64,000 nucleotides of DNA. Source: an uncultured delta proteobacterium. Lineage in GTDB: Bacteria; Desulfobacterota; Binatia; UBA9968. Under the pieces are notes generated by a model, which was not told the origin of the DNA, made no database searches, and saw only the letters and a program-made list of their open reading frames with translations. Position numbers and translations under genes: made by a program. Location of the stretch: the NCBI GenBank assembly GCA_963840855.1, contig CAWJBB010000079.1, positions 96,001 through 160,000 on the forward strand. The letters are read 5' to 3'. This document shows positions 17,258-25,616 of this stretch, in pieces (position 1 is the first letter of the stretch; each line of letters starts with the position of its first letter).

Positions 17258-19024
17258 CTATTCCTTGGCTCTCCACTGGTTGAGATGGCTGAGGATTTCC
17301 GGCAGGGAGTACAAAACGACGCGTAGATTTCCCTGATCCGCAATCGCGACATACTTTCCCGTCGGGTCGATGGCGATGCCATCCGCCGACTCGTAGTCGC
17401 CGACGAAGCCCAATAAGAACTTCGGTGTCTCGCTTTTTAAATCAAAGACCGCGATCCGGGTATTCTGCACATCCACCGCGAAAAGGTAATCGCCCACCAC
17501 CGCCAGGCCTTCGACGTCGCCGTCAAACACCTCGCCGCCGAAACCCTCAGGTGCGCCGATCAACTTGCCGCTTCTACGGTCGAAGATCTTGATGGCGCCG
17601 GTGCCCTCATTGGCCACGAACAGCTTATCTCGATACACCGCCAGCGATTCCGGCTCCTTGAGAATCGGTGTCGTCGCGGCGAGCTCCTGTATTTGAAAGC
17701 TCGGGTCTAACCTGCCGCCGGGCAGGAAACGATAGATTCGGCTCGTGCCGCTGTCGGAAATGAAGATACCGCCTTCGTGATCGATGGCGAGCCCTTGGAG
17801 GCTGGTGTAATCGTTCTTCTTGGTGGGGCGCCACAGGCCGTCCGCGCAGCGCGGCGATTCCTTGCCGCAGTAGCTCAACGGAATCGCCTTCTCGGGCAGC
17901 ACTTTGCCCTCAGCATCGAACACCTGAACGCGTTGATTGCCCTGATCGATCACGTAAACAAGGCCGTTTTTATCCACCGCGATTCCTTGCACCTGGTGGT
18001 AGACTATGAAACTGCCGATGGTATTGGCCACGCCGTGACTGAATTCACCAGGACCTGATCCCTCACGGCCGACGATCTGCACCGTCTGAGATTGATCGTC
18101 CAGACGGTATATCTTCAAGCGCGCGTTGTCGGAATCGCCCGCCACCAATCTACCGTCGAGCGTGAAAGCCACGGAATCCGGCTCATTGAACTGCTCGGTA
18201 AAATTCCCCCTCGCGCCGCCGACAACGCTCACCGCTCGGATCTGCCGCTCATCCGAGCGCAGCAGCACCGCCTTCTCCACGCCTTGGGCGTAGATACTTT
18301 TGGCACCCGAATTGAGCTTTAGATCGGCAATCAAATAATCCTTAATGCGCTTGATCTCCTCTATTTGCGCCGCAGTGCGGCGACCCGGCAAACCTTCAAC
18401 CTCCAAGGCCCAGAATTCTTTGCGGAGCTTCCTGCCGAAAAAACCTTCAAAGCTCCCGACCAAAAGGCTGACCAAAAACTCCTGCTTGCCGGCGCGTTCC
18501 AGGGCGACGCTATGCCGGGCATACTCCGCCACCAACTGGATACTTTTGAAATCACGCCCGTCGGGCAACGCCAGGCGCTTCGGCAAGGCCGGATCGTCCA
18601 GCCGTCCTTCTCTGGCCGCTAACACCTTGCCGGCTGGAAGGGCAACGGAATGAGTGGGTCCGGGAGAGGAGTGGTCTTGCGCCGAACCGCCCGCGTAAAA
18701 ATCAAGGTATGCGTGGCCGTCAAAGCTTTCCTTCACGCGGTAAAACATGCGTTGATGGTAAAGAAACAGGTCGGCAGTGTCGAAAAAAGTCTCACGGAAG
18801 CGCCGCTCTCCTGCCAGCACGACCCGGTAATTCAAAACCTCCTTCCGCTCGATCAGCTTGGCGACCCTGACCCTGTCGTTGGCAAAGTAAAGGGTGCTGC
18901 CGGTTTGTTGAGCCCACCCGCCGGTTACGTCGAGCAACAAAATACCCAAAACGATCCACGCCGTAGAAAAACTCCCGCCGGCGGATAGGTTTGACTTCGT
19001 CCGAGTCACAGAGATTCTCCGCAT
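17258..19024 (-). CDS. Exported protein: CYTH-like domain fused to an NHL-repeat beta-propeller
   Basis: Signal-like AWIVLGILLLDVTGGWA-Q; CYTH-like ETFFDTADLFLY...YRVKE and ALEVE; NHL repeats QGIAVDKNGLVYVIDQGNQRVQVFD. Start codon uncertain (ORF is open to 19285). Confidence 0.7.
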   Translation of the reverse strand: MRRISVTRTKSNLSAGGSFSTAWIVLGILLLDVTGGWAQQTGSTLYFANDRVRVAKLIERKEVLNYRVVLAGERRFRETFFDTADLFLYHQRMFYRVKESFDGHAYLDFYAGGSAQDHSSPGPTHSVALPAGKVLAAREGRLDDPALPKRLALPDGRDFKSIQLVAEYARHSVALERAGKQEFLVSLLVGSFEGFFGRKLRKEFWALEVEGLPGRRTAAQIEEIKRIKDYLIADLKLNSGAKSIYAQGVEKAVLLRSDERQIRAVSVVGGARGNFTEQFNEPDSVAFTLDGRLVAGDSDNARLKIYRLDDQSQTVQIVGREGSGPGEFSHGVANTIGSFIVYHQVQGIAVDKNGLVYVIDQGNQRVQVFDAEGKVLPEKAIPLSYCGKESPRCADGLWRPTKKNDYTSLQGLAIDHEGGIFISDSGTSRIYRFLPGGRLDPSFQIQELAATTPILKEPESLAVYRDKLFVANEGTGAIKIFDRRSGKLIGAPEGFGGEVFDGDVEGLAVVGDYLFAVDVQNTRIAVFDLKSETPKFLLGFVGDYESADGIAIDPTGKYVAIADQGNLRVVLYSLPEILSHLNQWRAKE

Positions 19025-19404
19025 GCTTGAGCATTTCGCGCCGCAAAAACTTCCCGCCGCCGAGCTTTTATCACGTTTTTGCAATTCTGAAAACATAAAG
19101 ATCTTCGAGAATCTTGACCGGCGTGAAATCTCCGGTTGACAAATAAAGTGATACGCTGCTAGTCGTTGTCCCAAGAACAGGAGGCGTAATAAAAACGGCG
19201 CCCAACGCTCGGCGGCGATAGTTTCAGAGCCGATATTTTCCGTTGCCGATCTTACATCATCCGGACATAAAGTGTCAGGCGTCATTGGACTTTGATGATG
19301 AATTTCATTAGGTACAGCAAATGGCGAGCAATGGCGGTGGATGCCATGAGCTTTACACGGGGGCCGAATAGGCAGGGGCGAGCCGGTAAGAAAAGGATCT
19401 CAAG

Positions 19405-20397
19405 ATGAATATTCAGCTCAGTGCCGGCATGGCACCAAACCCGCGGACCTGGCCGCTCTTCGACGGCACTGTGAAGCCGGATGGCATCGACCTTATCATG
19501 TCGCCCGTGCACGCTTCTGAGCTATTTTGGCGCCAGCTCCGCTTTGCGGACTTCGATCTATCCGACATGTCCTTCTCGTCATTGATTATCGCCATGGCCC
19601 ATGGCGACGAACGTTGGGTCGGCTTGCCGATCTTCACAACCCGTAACTTCTTTCATACCCGTATTCTCGTGCGGCGCGATGCCGGCATCGAAACTCCGGC
19701 GGATCTCAAGGGCAAGCGGGTGGGTGTCCCGGAGTACCAGCAGACGGCGGCGCTATGGATTCGCGGTGTGCTGCAGCACGAGTTCGGTGTCGCGCCGCGG
19801 GATATGGAATTTTGGATGGAGCGAAATCCGGAGCATAGCCACGGCGGCGCCACCGGCTTCACCGCGCCCCCCGGCGTGACCGTTCATCAGGTTCCTTTAG
19901 GGAAAGATATCGGATCGATGATGATTTCCGGCGAGTTGCAAGCCACGCTGCTTTACATCGTGAACCGCAACCTGGTTGACCGCAGCACGGCCGATCTCTG
20001 GAATCACCCGCAGGTGAAATATCTGTTCCCGGACCCAAAAGCCGAGGGTATAAGATTCTATAAGAAGACGGGACTGTATCCGATCAATCACTGCGTCGTT
20101 ATAAAGCGGGCCATAGCGGAGAAGCATCCCTGGGCCGTCTTGAATATCTTGAAGGCCTTCGAGCGCGCCAACGCCATTGCCGACGAGCAAAGATTGCAAC
20201 ACGTCGATTACTACTTCGAAACCGGTTTGCTGCCGCCGGAAACAAGAAGCGGGCTGGCGACTCCGATAGTGCAATACGGCATCGCCGCCAACCGGCGCGT
20301 GCTCGAGACCGCCGCGCAATATTCCGCGGAACAGGGTCTGACCCCTCGGCTGCTCAAGCTCGAAGAGGTGTTCGCGCCAAGCACCATGGAGCAGTAG
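19405..20397 (+). CDS. 4,5-dihydroxyphthalate decarboxylase-like protein (SBP-fold enzyme)
   Basis: RTWPLFDGTVKPDGI, ELFWRQL, DLKGKRVGVPEYQQTAALWIRG, YPINH.VVI motifs. Confidence 0.8.
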   Translation: MNIQLSAGMAPNPRTWPLFDGTVKPDGIDLIMSPVHASELFWRQLRFADFDLSDMSFSSLIIAMAHGDERWVGLPIFTTRNFFHTRILVRRDAGIETPADLKGKRVGVPEYQQTAALWIRGVLQHEFGVAPRDMEFWMERNPEHSHGGATGFTAPPGVTVHQVPLGKDIGSMMISGELQATLLYIVNRNLVDRSTADLWNHPQVKYLFPDPKAEGIRFYKKTGLYPINHCVVIKRAIAEKHPWAVLNILKAFERANAIADEQRLQHVDYYFETGLLPPETRSGLATPIVQYGIAANRRVLETAAQYSAEQGLTPRLLKLEEVFAPSTMEQ

Positions 20398-20518
20398 TGA
20401 GTTAGCAGAGGATTTGACCGTCATCATGCGAGTGGAGGTTTAACCGAAAATTTCTTAACTTTCCGGGCTGCGGGTGGTTTAGATTCATTGGGCAAATTAC
20501 CTGTGGAAGGAGCAAACA

Positions 20519-21817
20519 ATGCTTACCAGAGAAGAGAACGAGCGCTTGACGCGGGTCGGCCGAGGGACTCCCATGGGGGAGTTGGTGCGCAGGTTTTGGC
20601 TGCCTTTTTTGCTGGAGTCGGATCTGCATGAACCTGATGGGCCCCCGGTGCGGGTTACTTTGTTGGGAGAAAGGCTCGTCGCGTTTCGCGACACCGATGG
20701 TCGCATCGGGCTCATCGACCGCGCCTGCGCGCACCGCTGCGCCGACCTCTTTTTCGGGCGCAACGAAGAGGGCGGTCTCAGGTGTACCTACCACGGTTGG
20801 AAATACGACGTGGACGGGAAGTGCTTGGACATGCCGACCGAAGACGCTGAGAACACTTTCAAGAATAATATCAAGCTCACGTCTTATCCAGTGCGCGAGG
20901 GAGCTGGAGTCCTGTGGACTTATATGGGCCCGAAAGACCAAATTCCGCAGCTGCCCGAGTTGGAGTGGGCGCGGGTTCCGCCGGGGCATCGGTTCGTTTC
21001 TTGGAACTACCAGCAAAATAACTTCGTCCAGGCCATCGATGGCGGCATCGATACAATCCACTCGATCTTTCTCCACAGCACCTTGGACTCGCACCGCCAG
21101 CTCAAGGCATGGCAGGAGCAGGGAAAACGCGATGGCAATCCCCGCCTGGTGCATCGCGTTCGAACCAATCCGCCCAAACTGGTGGCGAAGGATACCGACT
21201 ATGGTGTCCTGATCGGCGGCAAGTATCGCGGCAGCGAAGGCCAGGACTATTGGCGCTACAATAATTTTCTCATGCCTTTTTACACCATGCCGCCGGGCGG
21301 TGGCAGTGGCGCCAGCAGAAAAATCGCTCACGCCTTTGTGCCCATCGACGACGAAAATTCTATACGTTGGGTCTTCACCTGGGATTTTGAGCGGCCATTG
21401 AGCGCCAGGGAGATCGCGGAAATGAGGGCCGGCTCCAGCGTCCACGTCGAGTTTATCCCGGGCACCCACTACCCGGCGCGAAATCTGTCCAACGATTATC
21501 TGATCGACCGGGAGCTGCAGAAAACGATGACCTTCACCGGCATCAAAGGTATAGGCGAGCAGGACTTCTCCGTTCAGGAGGGCATGGGTAAAATCGTGAA
21601 CCGGACCCGGGAGCACTTGGGCAGCAGCGATATCGGCATCGTCGCCATGCGCCGCCGGCTATTGAAGGCCGCAGCGGATCTCCAGGAAGGCGTCGCGCCA
21701 TACGCGGCGCTGCACGGGGAAGTCTATCGCATTCGCTCAGGTGAAGCGATGCTGCCTGCAGATGCGCAATGGGACGAGGATGAGCGCGCGAAAGAAGCAA
21801 TGACTGCGCAGTGGTAG
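20519..21817 (+). CDS. Rieske non-heme iron oxygenase alpha subunit (phthalate 4,5-dioxygenase/LigX-like)
   Basis: N-terminus MLTREENERLTRVG.GTPMG; Rieske CAH-x-CTYHGW; mononuclear iron D.IH..FLH and EQD. Confidence 0.9.
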   Translation: MLTREENERLTRVGRGTPMGELVRRFWLPFLLESDLHEPDGPPVRVTLLGERLVAFRDTDGRIGLIDRACAHRCADLFFGRNEEGGLRCTYHGWKYDVDGKCLDMPTEDAENTFKNNIKLTSYPVREGAGVLWTYMGPKDQIPQLPELEWARVPPGHRFVSWNYQQNNFVQAIDGGIDTIHSIFLHSTLDSHRQLKAWQEQGKRDGNPRLVHRVRTNPPKLVAKDTDYGVLIGGKYRGSEGQDYWRYNNFLMPFYTMPPGGGSGASRKIAHAFVPIDDENSIRWVFTWDFERPLSAREIAEMRAGSSVHVEFIPGTHYPARNLSNDYLIDRELQKTMTFTGIKGIGEQDFSVQEGMGKIVNRTREHLGSSDIGIVAMRRRLLKAAADLQEGVAPYAALHGEVYRIRSGEAMLPADAQWDEDERAKEAMTAQW

Positions 21818-21910
21818 AGGCCACGCGCTCAGTCGCATCGTCAATTTTGTCAGGCTCTTCCGGGTTCCTGTCAAAGAAGCATCCACCGTCGAGTAGCAAG
21901 GAGGCGCGCC

Positions 21911-22858
21911 ATGATTCTCATCACCGGTGGTCTGGGCTTTATTGGTCTCCACACCGCGCGTTGTTTCCTCGATGCCGGAGAAGGCGTCGTACTCACGCAG
22001 TACCGCATGCGGCGCGAGCCTGATTTCCTCAAAGGTGAAATCGGCAGACGCGCTTTCATCGAGAAGCTGGATGTCACCAGCGCTCACGATGTGATCGATC
22101 TGGCGCGCCGGCACAAAATTACGGGAATTGTTCACCTCGCGGTGCCGGGGTTGGCCGCTCTGTCCGCAGCCGAGGATTACAGAGTCAACGTCGCAGGTTG
22201 GATCAACGTCCTCGAGGCCGCAAGACTTTGCGACGTGCGCCGCGTCAGCCTCGCAAGCTCAGTGGCCGTCTATGCCGGTCTCCCGGCGGGTCCGTTCCAA
22301 GAGGATGCCTTGCTACCGATCCAATCCGGAAACCCTACAGAGACATTCAAAAAGTCCATGGAGATATTGGCAACCCACTATGCGTCGCGGACCGGCCTTG
22401 AGATTGTCATGCTCCGGATTGGCACTCCTTATGGACCGCTCTACCACAGCTTGGCGGCTCCGACGAGCCGAATATGTCACGCCGCGGTCAAAGGAGTCCC
22501 GGCTGACTTTAAAGGCGCTCGAGGTGGAGCGCCGCACGAGGACGACGAGGTCGGCGCTTTCTACGTGAAGGATTGCGCGACGGCCATTCAGCTCCTCCAG
22601 ATGGCTGACAAACTTTCACACCGGATATACAACATCGCCGGCGAAGGACCGATCAAGTACCGGGAGTTTACCGAAGCCGTAAAAAAACTAGCGCCGCACA
22701 CGCAGATCGAACTGCAGTCCGGAACCGGGCCTCGTCATCGACCCAACGCTTACATGAACATAGACCGGATCAAGAAAGATGTGGGTTACCGACCTCAATA
22801 CGATCTCGAGCGAGGGGTGGCGGAGTATATAGACTGGCTAAGGGTTCACCCAGAATGA
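21911..22858 (+). CDS. NAD(P)-dependent epimerase/dehydratase family (extended SDR)
   Basis: ILITGGLGFIG, IVHLA, ASSVAVY, YGP. AAGGAGG RBS. Confidence 0.88.
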   Translation: MILITGGLGFIGLHTARCFLDAGEGVVLTQYRMRREPDFLKGEIGRRAFIEKLDVTSAHDVIDLARRHKITGIVHLAVPGLAALSAAEDYRVNVAGWINVLEAARLCDVRRVSLASSVAVYAGLPAGPFQEDALLPIQSGNPTETFKKSMEILATHYASRTGLEIVMLRIGTPYGPLYHSLAAPTSRICHAAVKGVPADFKGARGGAPHEDDEVGAFYVKDCATAIQLLQMADKLSHRIYNIAGEGPIKYREFTEAVKKLAPHTQIELQSGTGPRHRPNAYMNIDRIKKDVGYRPQYDLERGVAEYIDWLRVHPE

Positions 22859-22913
22859 GTATCATCGCCGTTGGAGGTTGAGAACCATCCAATGGATCGG
22901 AGGCGCAATAAAA

Positions 22914-24338
22914 GTGGCTCGACAAAGCTTCCGCGAATTTCTCGGTGAAAAAATTTCTCGGCGCGCAGCTCTGCGCAACATTTCTCTTTGCGGACTCAGC
23001 TTGCCGTTGGTTCAAATGGTAAGCGACTCAAAGCTCCACGCCCAGAGCTTGGACCCGAAAGCGGCAGGAACCATTGTTTCAAAGCCGGTATTTACGGTTG
23101 CCGAGCGCAACCGGCGGTGGGAAGCCGTGCGCCGCATCATGACCAAGCCGCAATGGAATCTGGATGCCCTGCTCGCCCCGGGCAACGGCGACACGGCCTA
23201 TCCGCGTTACCTCACCCAGATCGGCGGCCGCGGCGGTTCCGCCGAGGTCATCTTTCCGCGCGATGTTTCCAAGCCTGTATTTGCTTTTACCGGCTCAGGC
23301 CGGAACAAGAGTTTCTGGTCGAAGCGACTCGTGTCATGGACTGCTGACGGCAAGCTGGTCATCAACGATGGCGAAGGTTCCAAGCCCGTTGCCGAGGAGC
23401 TCAAGTCCTTGGGATTCGATAAACCTGGCGCACGCATCGGCGTCGCCAAGCTTACCGGCAGCCGCTTTGATCCCGAAGGCGTTGTTTCAGTTACTTTCTT
23501 GGAAAATCTAAAGACGGCGTTGCCCGGAGTTCAGTTTGTCGGCATCGAGAAATGGGGCGCCGATTCCGGTCCTATCGATGAGCCGGCGATGGTCAAGAGC
23601 GCGGAGGAGCACACAGCCATCCGGCGCTGCGTTGCCGCGGGAGAAAAGGCCATCGAGACAATTGCTCGGGTAGCCCGTCTGCCCGCCAAAACCCAAGCTG
23701 ACATTTGGTTGCCAACTTTTACGGCGTTGTTTGCGGAGACCGGCGAAGATCCTACGCGGCTCTCCATCGCGCTCGACGAGCCTTCCAATGCTACCCTTGG
23801 CGCGCCGGTCGATGACCCGTTGAAGCCCGGACAAATCATCAGCCAGGAAATCGATGCTACGGTCCAGGGCTACCGCGCCCAGGTCAATCACTCGATCTTC
23901 GTCGGCGGGCCGAGCACGCCGGGCTTCAATTATTACAAGACAACGATGGAAGCGGCGCTCAAGGCGCTCAATGATTCCATCGCCATCATCGTGCCGGGCA
24001 AAACTACCTGTGGCCAACTCGTCGATCAGTACGCCTTGATCGTAGAAAAAATGAACGCCGATGATCGCTCCGGCGTCGTGCTCCACAGCAGCGGCATCGG
24101 CAATCTTTCCCGGCCGCGCCTCGGTCCGGCAAACTCACGCGGCGATTCCGATATTATTCTTGTGCCGGGCATGACCTTCGATTTTAAGCCCGCCTTGCGG
24201 ATGAAACGGAGCGTCATCCAAGATACCGGCCGCGAAAACCGCATCGTGCAGATCGGCGAGCACTATCTGATCACGGAAAAAGGCGCGCTGCGGCTCGGCA
24301 AGAGAAGGTTAGAGCCCCTGGCGACGGAGGCGACGTAG
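22914..24338 (+). CDS. M24/creatinase-fold protein with a putative Tat signal
   Basis: FTVAERNRRW N-domain, MVKSAEE, GYRAQ, LHSSGIG, PGMTFDFKP. N-terminal SRRAAL. GTG start after GGAGG. Confidence 0.8.
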   Translation: MARQSFREFLGEKISRRAALRNISLCGLSLPLVQMVSDSKLHAQSLDPKAAGTIVSKPVFTVAERNRRWEAVRRIMTKPQWNLDALLAPGNGDTAYPRYLTQIGGRGGSAEVIFPRDVSKPVFAFTGSGRNKSFWSKRLVSWTADGKLVINDGEGSKPVAEELKSLGFDKPGARIGVAKLTGSRFDPEGVVSVTFLENLKTALPGVQFVGIEKWGADSGPIDEPAMVKSAEEHTAIRRCVAAGEKAIETIARVARLPAKTQADIWLPTFTALFAETGEDPTRLSIALDEPSNATLGAPVDDPLKPGQIISQEIDATVQGYRAQVNHSIFVGGPSTPGFNYYKTTMEAALKALNDSIAIIVPGKTTCGQLVDQYALIVEKMNADDRSGVVLHSSGIGNLSRPRLGPANSRGDSDIILVPGMTFDFKPALRMKRSVIQDTGRENRIVQIGEHYLITEKGALRLGKRRLEPLATEAT

Positions 24339-24342
24339 GATC

Positions 24343-25581
24343 ATGCCTGACAGTATTCCTGAACAGATTCCCCGCCCCGTTTTTTCTCTCGCCGAACGCG
24401 ACCGGCGCTGGTCGCGAGTACGCGAGACAATGGCGACGGAGAACTTGGACGGCCTCATCGCGCCGGCGAGGCTGGAAGAAGGCGATACGCTCTATCTCAC
24501 GCAAGTCGGCGGCCGGACCAGGGAGGCCTGGGTAGTTTTCGCGCGCGATCCAGCCAAACCCATTCTTGCAATTGTCGAGTCCGAGAGAGTAAAGGGTTTT
24601 TGGTTGGGCGCCCAGAGCTGGCTCCAAGAACAAAATTTCCGCGTCTCATCGATGAACATGTCAGACTCCGTTATTCTCGCGCTCAAGGAGCTCGACCTCG
24701 AGCGCGGCCGCGTGGGAGTCGCCCAGCTGACCGGCGTTCGCTTCGATCCTGAAGGGTTGATCCCCTTTACCACTTTCGATCGGGTGCGCAGCGCCCTGCC
24801 CCAAGCAAATTTTGTCGCCACGGATATCCTTCATCGGCTGCGCATGATCAAAAGCCCGGAAGAGATCGCAGTGCTGCGCAACATTGTCGCGGCCAATGAA
24901 AAAGCCATTATCACTCTGGTGCAAGCGGCGCGTACGGCGACGCGCCAGGCCGACATCTGGTATCCGGTTTACATTCAGCTGTTTCTTAGCACCGGCGAGT
25001 TACCCACAAGGCTGTCGATGGCCCTCAACAAGGGAGGGAATAGCACCCTGGGCGCGCCCACCGCGGACCCTGTGCAAGTGGGACAGATTCTCAGCGAGGA
25101 GATCTCGGCCAATTATCAGGGCTATCGGGCGCAAATCAACCACTCACTTTTTATCGGCAGCGCGGCGACGCCTGGATATTCGTACTATGAAACCGGAATC
25201 CAGGCTGCGATTAAGATTTTTATCGCAGTGGTCGAAGCGATTCGCCCCGGCAAAACCACCACCGGAGAACTCATGGCGCGCTACACGGAGTTGGCCCGAG
25301 AGGTCGGCGCAGAGCCGCCCGGCGGAGTCCTGCTGCACAGCAGCGGCATCGGCAGCCAGCGGCCACGCGTCGGGCCGACGACCAGAGAAGACATGGACGT
25401 TGTGCTTCAACCCGGCATGACCTTCGACCTTAAGCCGACAATCGTGATGCGACGCGAAGTCGTTTCGGACATCGGGGCAAAAAACCGCTCCGTGCAAATC
25501 GGCGAACATGTGGTGGTGACGGAAACCGGTGCAATTCGCTTGGGTACGAGAGCGCTGAAGCCGATAACCACGGCCGGCTAA
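24343..25581 (+). CDS. M24/creatinase-fold protein, paralog without a signal peptide
   Basis: FSLAERDRRW, RMIKSPEEI, GYRAQ, LHSSGIG, PGMTFDLKP. Confidence 0.82.
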   Translation: MPDSIPEQIPRPVFSLAERDRRWSRVRETMATENLDGLIAPARLEEGDTLYLTQVGGRTREAWVVFARDPAKPILAIVESERVKGFWLGAQSWLQEQNFRVSSMNMSDSVILALKELDLERGRVGVAQLTGVRFDPEGLIPFTTFDRVRSALPQANFVATDILHRLRMIKSPEEIAVLRNIVAANEKAIITLVQAARTATRQADIWYPVYIQLFLSTGELPTRLSMALNKGGNSTLGAPTADPVQVGQILSEEISANYQGYRAQINHSLFIGSAATPGYSYYETGIQAAIKIFIAVVEAIRPGKTTTGELMARYTELAREVGAEPPGGVLLHSSGIGSQRPRVGPTTREDMDVVLQPGMTFDLKPTIVMRREVVSDIGAKNRSVQIGEHVVVTETGAIRLGTRALKPITTAG

Positions 25582-25616
25582 GTGGTTATGGCTTAGAGAA
25601 AGAGAGGTTACGGAAA

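Noticed and set aside
19136-19165. TTGACA-containing promoter candidate (and a minus-strand TTGACG near 60748-60753)
   Set aside because: The -10 elements or spacing are too poor to call.
20402-21616. Long 404-aa antisense ORF (also 35357..36400, 347 aa)
   Set aside because: Shadow frames of well-supported genes in GC-rich DNA, with no recognisable motifs.
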